Shown here piece by piece: positions 32,813 to 41,704 of a stretch of DNA of 64,000 nucleotides. Where the stretch lies: the IMG/VR virus record IMGVR_UViG_3300006903_000012; one strand, given 5' to 3'. The position numbers were made by a program, and so were the translations under genes. The number at the start of each line of letters is the position of its first letter. Position 1 is the first letter of the stretch. Below the pieces are notes generated by a model that saw nothing but the letters and a program-made list of their open reading frames with translations, was not told the DNA's origin and did not search any database. The stretch is from a virus.

Positions 32813-33229
32813 TTAACTATCAGTCTCCAATGTACAGTTTATTGAAAATCCACCATAACATCCATTGTGCTCATTATGGTTTGCCATTGTAAATTCGCCC
32901 TTGCTAGTTTTAATAACTAAAAATTGAACTTCATGCTCGCCATCTTCATCTTGTATATTAGGTGCATCTTTAACTTCTCCGTCCATCAATTCGGCACCAA
33001 CAAAATAACTTAACTCATCGTCCGTTCGCATGTAGCGATATTCACAGCAAGATTGTCCATCATCATAGATCTTAAGTCTAGTCCCATCAACGAACTTGAA
33101 ATGAAGAGCATCATCTTCTCCCAAAGAAAGCTCACTCAACACTTTCCCGATACAAGATTTAAAAACCTCGACACTTTCTGAATTATCAGAAAGACGATTC
33201 AAAATAACTCCTATTCCTAATGATGACAT
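32813..33229 (-). CDS. hypothetical protein
   Basis: 138-aa ORF with ATG start. Confidence 0.5.
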   Translation of the reverse strand: MSSLGIGVILNRLSDNSESVEVFKSCIGKVLSELSLGEDDALHFKFVDGTRLKIYDDGQSCCEYRYMRTDDELSYFVGAELMDGEVKDAPNIQDEDGEHEVQFLVIKTSKGEFTMANHNEHNGCYGGFSINCTLETDS

Positions 33230-33241
33230 TTTAGATTCTCC

Positions 33242-33979
33242 TTAGTTATATATTCTAATATCATCCTTTATTTTCTCTTCCATTCTGGCCCATTCAGCAA
33301 TAGCTTGTGATACTTGAGCCACAGCATAAACTGTCTCTTCGCGACTCACTTCAATTGGCGAGTCTCCAAAGACTTTCGTTAAATGAACAACCAAATACCA
33401 GTGATAACCGTCCCCATCCACATCATCTAGGACCTTTGAGAATTGAACAAAGAATCTCTCAAAAAGTTCTTTCGTTTGGAGCATTACGAATCGGGCCATA
33501 TTTTCGATTCGCTCATCATCACTATGCTCGAACCAGACACTCGGCCAACTACTACTGTGGTGACCGACACCAGAGCAAGATGCGATTGTCGCAAACCCAA
33601 CTGTATTCAACGCATCACACAAAGGAATAATCTCGGGATCTAACTTCTCAGAATAATCTGGATTATCTCGAACTTTGTAATAGCTTGTTAATGCCTTCAA
33701 GTTCTCTCCTTGTATATTCTTAGTATCACTTTCTTGCCATACTAACGCAGGTGGTATATTGTCTTCAATGCACTTTGCAATGGCCACTGAAAGTCCACGA
33801 ATAATTCCGATAGCATCTTGTTGATTCATCAACCAACCACGAGGTTCACCATTAGATTGAGTAATAATTAAATGAATACGATCACTTAGATCTTCATTCA
33901 CAATAGGATTGACATGATACAGAACTTCAATCGTAGCACCATTTCCCCATGTCTCAATATAGAGTTGCTTAAATTCCAT
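33242..33979 (-). CDS. hypothetical protein
   Basis: 245-aa ORF with ATG start. Confidence 0.5.
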   Translation of the reverse strand: MEFKQLYIETWGNGATIEVLYHVNPIVNEDLSDRIHLIITQSNGEPRGWLMNQQDAIGIIRGLSVAIAKCIEDNIPPALVWQESDTKNIQGENLKALTSYYKVRDNPDYSEKLDPEIIPLCDALNTVGFATIASCSGVGHHSSSWPSVWFEHSDDERIENMARFVMLQTKELFERFFVQFSKVLDDVDGDGYHWYLVVHLTKVFGDSPIEVSREETVYAVAQVSQAIAEWARMEEKIKDDIRIYN

Positions 33980-34400
33980 GTTTTCCTTAGTTAAATTCTC
34001 TCATCATATATTTTCAATGTCTCTTTCCCAGCCAATTCAACTACTCTTTGTTTCTCCTTTATCTATCAAAAGTTTTTCTATTTCTTATGGGAAAGTTGTA
34101 TCTAAAATTACATGCCCGTAGTCTTCATCTCGATATAGATAATGACCATCTGTAATATAGTCAGCGCCGTAAGACATTTTTAATGAATCTGCCTTTCTTA
34201 TCTCGGCGTCCTTTTGATCTAACTTGTCCGCCCAGAGACTGAAGATGTATACCTTGTTCTTGTAATCCTATATAAGAAAATACTTTTCGATTTTCTGCAT
34301 CGATTGAACATATCCAATCCTTACCTCATAGTTCGACACCTAAAGATTTAAATAAATGCGGATACTTTGTAGTCATTTTTCAATCCACAACACAATATTA

Positions 34401-34760
34401 TCATTTGTTAATCTTCGTCTGTCTAAGCTCTTCGAATATTTGTTCAGGTGTCATCTGTAATCCGCGCTGCACTTCTTTGTCGAAGCCAGCCATAATACTT
34501 GAAATATCATCTTCCGGTAACTGATCCTTGATACCACCTAATAATTGCTGAACCAAATCCCGTTGATGATGTAATTCCCACTGAGTCAGTGCCCAGACTT
34601 TTGGATCAGTGTCGAATCCCTTTAGCAGTAAAACTAGATCATGTTCCAAATGGCCTAGAAAGCCGACATTCTTATATTTTTGTTCAAGCCATGGTTCAAT
34701 AACTTTACAGCACCAACTGGCTATTCGTGCTTCATTGCTTTTCATTTTGAATTTTCTCAA
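34401..34760 (-). CDS. hypothetical protein
   Basis: 119-aa ORF. Confidence 0.45.
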   Translation of the reverse strand: MRKFKMKSNEARIASWCCKVIEPWLEQKYKNVGFLGHLEHDLVLLLKGFDTDPKVWALTQWELHHQRDLVQQLLGGIKDQLPEDDISSIMAGFDKEVQRGLQMTPEQIFEELRQTKINK

Positions 34761-35187
34761 TCACTCGCAACCCTCTCGAAACTTTAGGATCCCGAATTAG
34801 ATAACCATACTCGACTAATTTATTTAGATTGTAATTAACGACTGATGTTGATGAGATACCCGCCTTCTTTCCAATCTCACGGATGGTCGGCGGATACCCA
34901 ACTGCTTGAACTTGATCTGTAATGAAAGACAGAATAGTTTGCTGCCGCTGAGACAACTTAATATAAACTGGCAACTTATCTACAACTTCAAAGACTCTAA
35001 CTTGACATTGAAAGTATAATTTGCGGCCGCAGCGGCATGTAGTCGGATCATTTCTATCAGAATGTAAAACAAAAACCCAACCCATATACTCTTGGCCGCA
35101 AACGCACTTTGTAAGTGGCAATGAATCACCATCATTTAGATCACAACGAATAGATTTTGTTACATCTTTATCCACTATTACTTCCAT
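34732..35187 (-). CDS. DNA-binding protein with LexA-type winged-helix domain
   Basis: 151 aa. A Cys-rich N-terminal half is followed by LSQRQQTILSFITDQVQAVGYPPTIREIGKKAGISSTSVVNYNLNKLVEYGYLIRD, which matches the LexA N-terminal DNA-binding domain pattern. No peptidase S24 domain is present. Confidence 0.6.
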   Translation of the reverse strand: MEVIVDKDVTKSIRCDLNDGDSLPLTKCVCGQEYMGWVFVLHSDRNDPTTCRCGRKLYFQCQVRVFEVVDKLPVYIKLSQRQQTILSFITDQVQAVGYPPTIREIGKKAGISSTSVVNYNLNKLVEYGYLIRDPKVSRGLRVIEKIQNEKQ

Positions 35188-35381
35188 GGATTTGTCCTTT
35201 GAATAACTGCTACTCGGATTCCAAAAACATAGACAAATGTATAACCAATCGCATGACTTTCGATACCTAAAATAGGATTAGCTGACCTAACATTTATTGC
35301 TGCTAACGGCGTCAGAATAAATCTAAAGTCAATATGCGTCTTGAGCCAATTCGTAAGCATACTTTTACTCCTAGGACTCAT
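35178..35381 (-). CDS. hypothetical protein
   Basis: 67-aa ORF with ATG start. Confidence 0.4.
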   Translation of the reverse strand: MSPRSKSMLTNWLKTHIDFRFILTPLAAINVRSANPILGIESHAIGYTFVYVFGIRVAVIQRTNPWK

Positions 35382-35571
35382 CTATATTAGTTGGGCGATA
35401 TTCAATTTTAGGTCCCGGCGTATAATCCTCAACTTCTGCGCCACACCAAGGACATTTAGAATCATCCAGCCAATTTTCTGGACCCGACCAATCACATGAA
35501 CTACAGATTTTCAACTCATCTTTCACTTTGCTGCTCCTTGTTGAATAATCTTCCAACCACATCGAGTACAA
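35371..35571 (-). CDS. small zinc-ribbon protein
   Basis: CSSC..CPWC pairs. The track start is TTG, and an ATG at 35562 is an alternative. Confidence 0.4.
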   Translation of the reverse strand: MYSMWLEDYSTRSSKVKDELKICSSCDWSGPENWLDDSKCPWCGAEVEDYTPGPKIEYRPTNIDES

Positions 35572-35652
35572 ATTATTTTCAAGTTCGGATTAATTTTGAA
35601 GACATAAGCTAAAGATTCTGCTGACCAGTCCCACACAAAATAAAAGACTCGA

Positions 35653-36066
35653 TTACAGTCCGGACATTGACGGTACATACGGATTATACTTCTCTGAGTT
35701 TTTGAAAATATTTGAGATTACCAATTGATCTAATCCAGTTTCTTTACAAAGTTTATCCAGCATAAATTTCTCCGGATCAGTTGTCATTCTCAACTCATAT
35801 TCACAAATGAAAACTTTTCTAGCTGTTCTGTCTTTGAAGTAAAATGACCACTCATAAGTTCGGGATACATGATTATAAGAATTTATTACATAATCGTAAC
35901 TATTCAGTGTAGATTCAGGTTGATTTTCTGTAACTACTTTATTAGAACCTAGTTTATTTAGTGGTCCGCCACAGTAAATACACGGACCTACATACGCATA
36001 AGGTAGTCGCTGACCACAAAAACTACAAACCTCAAAATAAGTGTAATCATCCTTTAGTAAATACAT
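35653..36066 (-). CDS. hypothetical protein with N-terminal zinc ribbon
   Basis: 137 aa with CSFC..CIYC. Confidence 0.45.
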   Translation of the reverse strand: MYLLKDDYTYFEVCSFCGQRLPYAYVGPCIYCGGPLNKLGSNKVVTENQPESTLNSYDYVINSYNHVSRTYEWSFYFKDRTARKVFICEYELRMTTDPEKFMLDKLCKETGLDQLVISNIFKNSEKYNPYVPSMSGL

Positions 36067-36442
36067 ATCTCAATTGTTCTGATAGATATTTGCTCATCCA
36101 CTTTTCACCATTCTCCTGTTCTAACCATCGCACTTTTCTTTTATATCTTGTCGCATGCTCAATCTCACTTCTAGTACTCGAGCCAATATAACCGTCAACA
36201 TTTAGAACTAAAATTTCATCAGCCAATTCAATTTTCTTTTTGTGTAACTCATCTAATTTAGATTTAATACCATCGAGTTCAGACTCTGAAAGATGATTAA
36301 ATAATTCAACATCAGATTTTAGATCACAACCAATTGACAAAACTATTCTGCCCGCTAAAGTCTCATCAAAGTTTGCCTTGCGAAAGGCATCGAAAAATCT
36401 TGTCGATCCACAAAGACACACAATTATCGGTCTATCACTCAT
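36047..36442 (-). CDS. nucleoside 2-deoxyribosyltransferase-like / SLOG-fold protein
   Basis: ATG at 36442 after AGGAGGAGGG. IIVCLCGSTRF...ILVLNVDGYIGSSTRSEIEHA fits the Rossmann-like CGS.RF family seen in phages. Confidence 0.45.
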   Translation of the reverse strand: MSDRPIIVCLCGSTRFFDAFRKANFDETLAGRIVLSIGCDLKSDVELFNHLSESELDGIKSKLDELHKKKIELADEILVLNVDGYIGSSTRSEIEHATRYKRKVRWLEQENGEKWMSKYLSEQLRYVFTKG

Positions 36443-36741
36443 TCCGGCCACCCTCCTCCTGCATGTGTAATTTTTCTATCTGTCTTAATCTTTGTCCAAT
36501 ATCGAAGCCCGATCTGACCAATCTTACCAACCGGCCAGCAAATTAAAACAAGTCCAACAAATACGGGCCACATTGTACTAACAATCAGACTAAATAAACC
36601 TGATGAGATGATACTTATAAAATTAGATGAACCGAATTGTCGAGTAAACCAAACTGAAAAGAAAATAACTGAGACAATATAACCGCCTAGATAAAAGAAA
36701 CTCCAACTAATCATTTCTTCTCCTTCTTTATTCTCACACAC
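36439..36741 (-). CDS. membrane protein
   Basis: 100 aa with three hydrophobic helices. Confidence 0.45.
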   Translation of the reverse strand: MCENKEGEEMISWSFFYLGGYIVSVIFFSVWFTRQFGSSNFISIISSGLFSLIVSTMWPVFVGLVLICWPVGKIGQIGLRYWTKIKTDRKITHAGGGWPE

Positions 36742-37094
36742 TTAACTGGCACATTTTGCTTCTTAGCTCGTCGACACATATCTGCTGTTCCCTTCCCACC
36801 AGGAAACGCAATAACAAAATCTGGTTGGCCTTCATCTAACATTCGCTGATTACGAATTGCTCCGGCAGCTAATTTATATTTATTCCAATCGGCCGGATAC
36901 AGTTGTCGATCAATCCCCAATCTTTTAGCTTCTTGATCGTACAAAGTATCAGCCCCGCGAGCGGCCCCGTGAATGATTAATAAATTTGAATATCGTTTCT
37001 TCAGAACTAGCATTACTCGCCGAACTAATTTCGTATCATCAAAATCACGACCGCCACAACAAAGAACAATTACTTGTTTAGTCTGTTTTCCCAT
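36711..37094 (-). CDS. DUF2493-like SLOG-family protein
   Basis: VIVLCCGGRDFDD...IIHGAARGADTLYDQEAKRLGI..YPADWNKYKLAAGAIRNQRML..VIAFPGGKGT matches the GAARGAD..ADW..AG..RN signature. Confidence 0.6.
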   Translation of the reverse strand: MGKQTKQVIVLCCGGRDFDDTKLVRRVMLVLKKRYSNLLIIHGAARGADTLYDQEAKRLGIDRQLYPADWNKYKLAAGAIRNQRMLDEGQPDFVIAFPGGKGTADMCRRAKKQNVPVKCVRIKKEKK

Positions 37095-37099
37095 AAAGA

Positions 37100-37327
37100 C
37101 TACTTGCTGTTCTTTTTAATAAAAGTTTCTAGCTTCCTCTGCATTAACTTCGAACACTTAAGAAGTTTCTTAGCAATTCTCAAAAGCTCCTTCTTATCAT
37201 CACCGAAACCACCAAAACTTTTAATTCTGTCTTTTGGTGTACCTTTACCTAAAGCATCAGCTGGACTTTTTGGTCCGTAGGCAATCTCCCACAACTCTTC
37301 TCCTGGAGTCTGCTTTATTGTTGCCAT
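37100..37327 (-). CDS. hypothetical protein
   Basis: 75-aa ORF. Confidence 0.45.
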   Translation of the reverse strand: MATIKQTPGEELWEIAYGPKSPADALGKGTPKDRIKSFGGFGDDKKELLRIAKKLLKCSKLMQRKLETFIKKNSK

Positions 37328-37328
37328 T

Positions 37329-37529
37329 TTATTTAGTCTCCTTCATATAATTATTAGGGTCGATACGCCTTTCTATCTCGGACACCAAATCCAAGTATTG
37401 TTTTCTATAATACTGCGACATATTTAAAACTCCAAAAGATTCAACAATAATAAGTACAGTCAACATAAGAACTTTCCACATGCGAAATTGTAATTGAAAC
37501 TTAAAATCGAATCTTGGATCCCATAGCAT
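37329..37529 (-). CDS. small membrane protein
   Basis: 66 aa with one hydrophobic helix (VLMLTVLIIVESFGVL). Confidence 0.4.
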   Translation of the reverse strand: MLWDPRFDFKFQLQFRMWKVLMLTVLIIVESFGVLNMSQYYRKQYLDLVSEIERRIDPNNYMKETK

Positions 37530-37762
37530 TAAAATAACTCCAAATCTTCAGCCGAACGCTGACACATGGCTGCCACATCGACTAACTCTGCCAACAATTT
37601 CTTTAGATTCCGCTTCTTAGTTTTCTTCCACACTTCTAATTTAACTTCGTCTAGCTCTTCAAGAATATTTGCATAGGCATCATGTGGTGAACTAATTTGT
37701 CGGGCATGTTTCTTTCTGGCTGATTTCAGTTTCTTTGAAACGAGTTCTTGAAAATTAGACAT
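37529..37762 (-). CDS. hypothetical helical protein (possibly MazG-like)
   Basis: 77 aa. HDAYANILEELDEVKLEV..LLAELVDVAAM. The assignment is weak. Confidence 0.35.
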   Translation of the reverse strand: MSNFQELVSKKLKSARKKHARQISSPHDAYANILEELDEVKLEVWKKTKKRNLKKLLAELVDVAAMCQRSAEDLELF

Positions 37763-37906
37763 AGTTGATTCTCCTATTTTCTAATAAATAAAATCGAATC
37801 TCTTCTACTGATTAACAATTCCCGCGAGTTGTTTACACATTTCCCTTATGCCAAGATGTTGATATTCAGTTGTAGCAGTAGCCGTTAATGTTCGAAGAGA
37901 TTCGAA

Positions 37907-37980
37907 AGCACCAAGCGGGACTCGAACCCACAATCTACAAATTAGAAGTTTGTCGATCTATCCAGTTGATCTATTGGTGC
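37907..37980 (-). tRNA. tRNA-Arg (anticodon UCU)
   Basis: The reverse complement folds as a canonical cloverleaf. Acceptor is GCACCAA/UUGGUGC, D arm is GAUC-AACUGGAUA-GAUC, anticodon arm is ACAAA-CUUCUAA-UUUGU and T arm is GUGGG-UUCGAGU-CCCGC. Confidence 0.9.
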
Positions 37981-37986
37981 GACAAA

Positions 37987-38062
37987 TAGGCTCGGTGAGA
38001 TTCGAACTCACATGTAACCATTACCATTTCTGCACGTTATAAGCATGAGTGGATACGAGCCT
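37987..38062 (-). ncRNA. tRNA-like cloverleaf, non-canonical (pseudo-tRNA or intron-associated domain)
   Basis: It has a perfect 7-bp acceptor-like stem AGGCUCG/CGAGCCU and a canonical T arm GUGAG-UUCGAAU-CUCAC. It lacks a GG-containing D arm. The only anticodon-like hairpin is CAUG-CUUAUAA-CGUG (UAU), and it sits too close to the 5' end. Confidence 0.3.
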
Positions 38063-38071
38063 ATGACTAAT

Positions 38072-38296
38072 TTACGGATTCTTCACTTCACCACTAATAA
38101 ATTTCTTGTAAGTTTCACGGAAATGCTCAACTTGTCCTTTTAATGATGAGTTGTAAAACATTCCTGAACCATGCCAATAATGAGACACCCACCAATCGTT
38201 TTCTTTCTCAATAAATCCAATACAGACATTATCTACATAAACAAGATAGAAATCGTTCTTAATTTTACGCTTCCAAAGTCCTTTTCTGCGTTTCAT
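38072..38296 (-). CDS. hypothetical basic protein inside intron-like sequence
   Basis: ATG at 38296 after GGAG (MKRRKGLWKRKIKNDFYLVYVDNVCIGFIEKENDWWVSHYW..). It is flanked by an R-like GUGUAACUGGCA (38333-38345) and an S-like AAAUUAGUCAU (about 38060-38072). Confidence 0.45.
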   Translation of the reverse strand: MKRRKGLWKRKIKNDFYLVYVDNVCIGFIEKENDWWVSHYWHGSGMFYNSSLKGQVEHFRETYKKFISGEVKNP

Positions 38297-38308
38297 TTTT
38301 TTCTCCAA

Positions 38309-38526
38309 AACTTTACAATTAATTCTATTATGCCAGTTACACTGTCCGGCTCGGCTTCCCTTTTTACAGATCGTGAGGGTTGAACTCGCAAGTTAGTAAA
38401 CAAATCAAACTAACAAGGACACCAATTGACACTGTCTGATCTGCCCAATGACACGTATCTCAGCCTATCTCCTACAGTCGCAGAGTAGACAATTGATACT
38501 CTTCAAAGATGTGTCACTTGTTGACT
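38309..38526 (-). other. group-I-intron-like sequence in the tRNA island (integrity unknown)
   Basis: The plus strand ccagttacactgtccggctcggcttccc..gaactcgcaag (38333-38392) parallels the R/P4'/P4 order of the type 1 introns (tagtcgttacac..ggctcgg..gaattcgag). A P2-like hairpin UUAGU..ACUAA lies at about 38395-38415. Confidence 0.3.
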
Positions 38527-38533
38527 GGCTGAC

Positions 38534-38607
38534 AGGTCATAAACTGACTCGAACAGTTCTGCTCTCCGCATGAGGACGGCGCATTCTACCCGATATGCTA
38601 TCTACCT
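38534..38607 (-). tRNA. possible tRNA(CAU) or tRNA pseudogene
   Basis: It has a canonical D arm GCAU-AUCGGGUAGA-AUGC, T arm AACUG-UUCGAGU-CAGUU and anticodon loop CUCAUGC. The anticodon stem has two mismatches, and the acceptor pairs at only 4-5 of 7 positions. Confidence 0.3.
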
Positions 38608-38637
38608 GTGCCAATTTCTCAGCCGATGCTTTCTTAC

Positions 38638-38901
38638 TTAATTCTCAAACTTGAATGGCTCCCGATAATATCGCCATTCAATAAACCCTTCCGAACGGCA
38701 ATGAGCTGCAAAACTAGAAGAGTAGAGTTTCTGTTGAATCTCTACAAATGTCTCACCAGCCCACAAAACAATCGGTGCTGGTCTGTTTGGCCGATAACCT
38801 AGAATTTGATGCCTAGTTTTTGAACAAGGATAAACAGGCTTTTCAGACATTCGGGCACCAGGCCGATCACGTCCTTCAACAATAATATCTGTTGTCTTCA
38901 T
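38638..38901 (-). CDS. hypothetical protein
   Basis: ATG at 38901 (MKTTDIIVEGRDRPG..) after GGUGAU. The track start 38934 lies upstream. Confidence 0.45.
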   Translation of the reverse strand: MKTTDIIVEGRDRPGARMSEKPVYPCSKTRHQILGYRPNRPAPIVLWAGETFVEIQQKLYSSSFAAHCRSEGFIEWRYYREPFKFEN

Positions 38902-39022
38902 TCTAATCACCGACAACAATGACACTGACCACAATGGCTCGAATTCTTAATATGCAGTTGAGCTAACCAGCAGGGATTACACATCTTACTAAATAATAGT
39001 CTGAGATATTTCATTGTCTCTC

Positions 39023-40141
39023 CTAGAGTTGCCGCAAATATTTTTGACTAACCCACTCATTGCCGTCGGGACTGATACATGCCCAACCATTACAAGTACA
39101 AGTTACAAAAACTTTAGCACCTAAAACCAATTGCCGGACTTTTGGTGGCTCAACTTTACCTGACCAAGGATGTGCTCGAACATTTAGAATTCCTGCATTA
39201 GTAACTTGTGCGTTATAAAATAACGCCGGGGCAGGTGTTGGGGAAACAACTTGTAACTGTTTATCATACTCAATAATCAAATCCGTTAAACCTGTTCCTT
39301 CGACATTATGTTCAAACCATCCATTTCCAAAAGTGAAGATAGCCGCCCCTAACACATAAGAATCTTGCCGAAGTCCAGCATCATAATGCTTCAACATCTC
39401 ATCTAAATAACGTCTGGGATTACCACCAAATTGAGTGCGCCAGGGTCGACCGTTAACAATCGAATCTGCCCCACATTCAGTTACTGCAAATTTAAGTTCT
39501 TGCAGTCCAGCCGAAATACAATATTCTCGCGCCCAACGATATCTAAAAAATAACCACGAGTCCCATTTAGAAAAATCAAGATTACTGTACTCATGTAATC
39601 CTAAACAACCACCAGTAATTTTTGCTTCAAACAATGCTGGCCCAAATGCTCGCCAATATGCCAACCGATCTTCAGTCGGCAGATCAGGCGCTCCTGCTGA
39701 AAAATTACCGACAACTGATTTTCGATTATAAGTTGTCGAAAGAATCCTGATTCGCTCAGCTTCAAATCGAGCGTACCACCGCATCGCTTCTAAATTTTCA
39801 GGATGCGGTTCGTTGGGACCTTCCCATGCATCAATATCTGGATTATTTCGGACCTGATTAGCAAGATACCTATCAAAATAAATCCGAGCATATTCTATTG
39901 GATCTGTATTTCGATATAATGGATTTGGATCAAAGTCAGATTCAAACGCGCGGCCGATTCGAAATGGTCGCCTGGGCATAGAATCAAACTCTGAGGCTAA
40001 TTGAAAATCATCAAGAAACTTAACGATTGGTGAATTAGTAATAGTCACCAGTTTTTTAGCATCATTACTACTTCTAATCACATGCGCACATAATTTAGTC
40101 GTCAAATTCTGCTGCCTCCTCACACTCGGTACATACTTCAT
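39023..40141 (-). CDS. TIM-barrel glycoside hydrolase (GH5-like NEP / TECG residues) with C-terminal SH3b-like domain; candidate lysin or depolymerase
   Basis: 372 aa. WEGPNEPHPE and FAVTECGADS fit the clan GH-A acid/base and nucleophile glutamates. The tail ILNVRAHPWSGK..VFVTCTCNGWACISPDGNEWVSQKYL looks like an SH3b cell-wall-binding domain. Confidence 0.55.
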   Translation of the reverse strand: MKYVPSVRRQQNLTTKLCAHVIRSSNDAKKLVTITNSPIVKFLDDFQLASEFDSMPRRPFRIGRAFESDFDPNPLYRNTDPIEYARIYFDRYLANQVRNNPDIDAWEGPNEPHPENLEAMRWYARFEAERIRILSTTYNRKSVVGNFSAGAPDLPTEDRLAYWRAFGPALFEAKITGGCLGLHEYSNLDFSKWDSWLFFRYRWAREYCISAGLQELKFAVTECGADSIVNGRPWRTQFGGNPRRYLDEMLKHYDAGLRQDSYVLGAAIFTFGNGWFEHNVEGTGLTDLIIEYDKQLQVVSPTPAPALFYNAQVTNAGILNVRAHPWSGKVEPPKVRQLVLGAKVFVTCTCNGWACISPDGNEWVSQKYLRQL

Positions 40142-40339
40142 CTAAACTAACTATATGAATACAATAGCCATCGTCTTTAGCCACAACTCGTGGACGATCA
40201 GAATCGTCCAATATCCATTTCTTTTTAGTTGCTTGCTTCTTCTGTGACAATCCCAACTACTTCTCCTTCAGAAAGTATATAAGTCGTGCCATCGATAGCA
40301 ACTGAATCTGTTTCGTCTCCAAAAACTTCTTCACTTATC

Positions 40340-40753
40340 TCATCTGGACCTAGCATGTTTCTTTGGGCCTCTCGCAAAGTTTAGAATTTTTACTTTCCGA
40401 CCAAATTCTTTAGCATGTCCGCAAGTAATCAGTGCCATTGTCGACTCAGTGTCAATAATTGCAATACACAGATCACAATTTCTAGCCATAATCATATCTC
40501 GCATCGGTGGGGCCGCACCAGTTAACTTGTTAATTCCACAATAGGTCCCATAAGCCAATCGCCCATTGGCACCCCAGACTGTAATCTTTTCATACTCTCT
40601 CAGATTTGCATATCTAACAACCTCTTGCTCAATCCCGACTAAATCTCCACAAAGAATTTCGTGATTTCGCTTCAGGCACATCAAAACAATTTCACGAGTT
40701 TTCTTTATCATAGGTTCAGTCGGGCTTTCTGAACCGGTAATTAGAACTACCAT
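40340..40753 (-). CDS. SLOG/DprA-like Rossmann-fold protein
   Basis: 137 aa. VVLITGSESP..ILCGDLVGIEQEVVRYA..LCIAIID..TMALITCGHAKEFGRKVKIL resembles the DprA/Smf-YpsA type of nucleotide-binding fold. Confidence 0.4.
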   Translation of the reverse strand: MVVLITGSESPTEPMIKKTREIVLMCLKRNHEILCGDLVGIEQEVVRYANLREYEKITVWGANGRLAYGTYCGINKLTGAAPPMRDMIMARNCDLCIAIIDTESTMALITCGHAKEFGRKVKILNFARGPKKHARSR

Positions 40754-41202
40754 AGACGTCGAGACTTAGCTAAACCAAAATCTTCAGCCATTCCCGGTGG
40801 ACCATCAAACGTTATTTTCTCAGGTGGCACCATACGTTCAAGATGCCGAATATAATCAAGCATCTCACTAACACTCTTGAAATGAACATCAATGATTCTA
40901 ACTGTTCCACCATTACTTCGACCAAGTCGTGAAATAAAAATAATTTGTGTCTGAGCATGCCGATTTTCTAATGCATTAGAAAACGGTTGAGAGTCAATTC
41001 CCACCATCGATATTTGGTCGTTAAAGTCTTTACGAAGCTGAATTAAGTTCTGAGAAAGAATATGATGTTGTTTTTCAACATCCTGAATTTGATTATTTAA
41101 ACTACATAATTCAATATCTAATTTTAATAGCTTCAAAATAAATTGCCGAATATCAGACAGCAAGAAATTGATCCAAGTACGAAACCAGAATTTCATATGC
41201 AT
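40747..41202 (-). CDS. hypothetical protein
   Basis: 151-aa ORF with ATG start. Confidence 0.5.
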   Translation of the reverse strand: MHMKFWFRTWINFLLSDIRQFILKLLKLDIELCSLNNQIQDVEKQHHILSQNLIQLRKDFNDQISMVGIDSQPFSNALENRHAQTQIIFISRLGRSNGGTVRIIDVHFKSVSEMLDYIRHLERMVPPEKITFDGPPGMAEDFGLAKSRRLW

Positions 41203-41210
41203 CTCCTTCT

Positions 41211-41681
41211 CTAACTATTACCGCCAAAAGTCTCATAGAAGTCTGGAGCGATTTGCTTGACCTGCTCTAGATATGAGTCCCAAGTCTCAACTAATGGTTC
41301 GTCTTTGTCATAAGTACTTGGAATATTGGGATCAAATGATTTTCGCATTTGTTTACTGTAAAAGATAAGCCAACTCAAAGCTGACGATAAATTTCGTCCC
41401 ATTGATCTTGATTCCGCACACGGCAAAATCCATTTAACTTCATTAGGAGACATTCTCAACATTTCGATATCGCTCAATAATTTCCACGGTGTAGTTGAAT
41501 CATCATATTGAAGAATATGATACCATCGTTCGCAACCCTCGATATTCGAGCATGGAGCGATATTGGGTCCTTGTCCATATGGAATTCTAGAAATTTTTAT
41601 AAGTTCTTCAAGAGCCCGATCAAACGTTTCGTATTTCTCAGGTAAAGATTCTGCATGAAAATTATCTTCAATAATAAACAT
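41211..41681 (-). CDS. hypothetical protein
   Basis: 156-aa ORF with ATG start. Confidence 0.5.
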   Translation of the reverse strand: MFIIEDNFHAESLPEKYETFDRALEELIKISRIPYGQGPNIAPCSNIEGCERWYHILQYDDSTTPWKLLSDIEMLRMSPNEVKWILPCAESRSMGRNLSSALSWLIFYSKQMRKSFDPNIPSTYDKDEPLVETWDSYLEQVKQIAPDFYETFGGNS

Positions 41682-41704
41682 TCCAAAACTCCTTCTCTAG
41701 ACTT

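Noticed and set aside
37987-38062. Calling this element a genuine tRNA-Ile(UAU).
   Set aside because: The acceptor and T arms are good, but there is no D arm and 8 nt instead of 2 between the acceptor and the first hairpin. The presumed anticodon arm has only 4 bp and is displaced by about 12 nt. It is reported only as tRNA-like.
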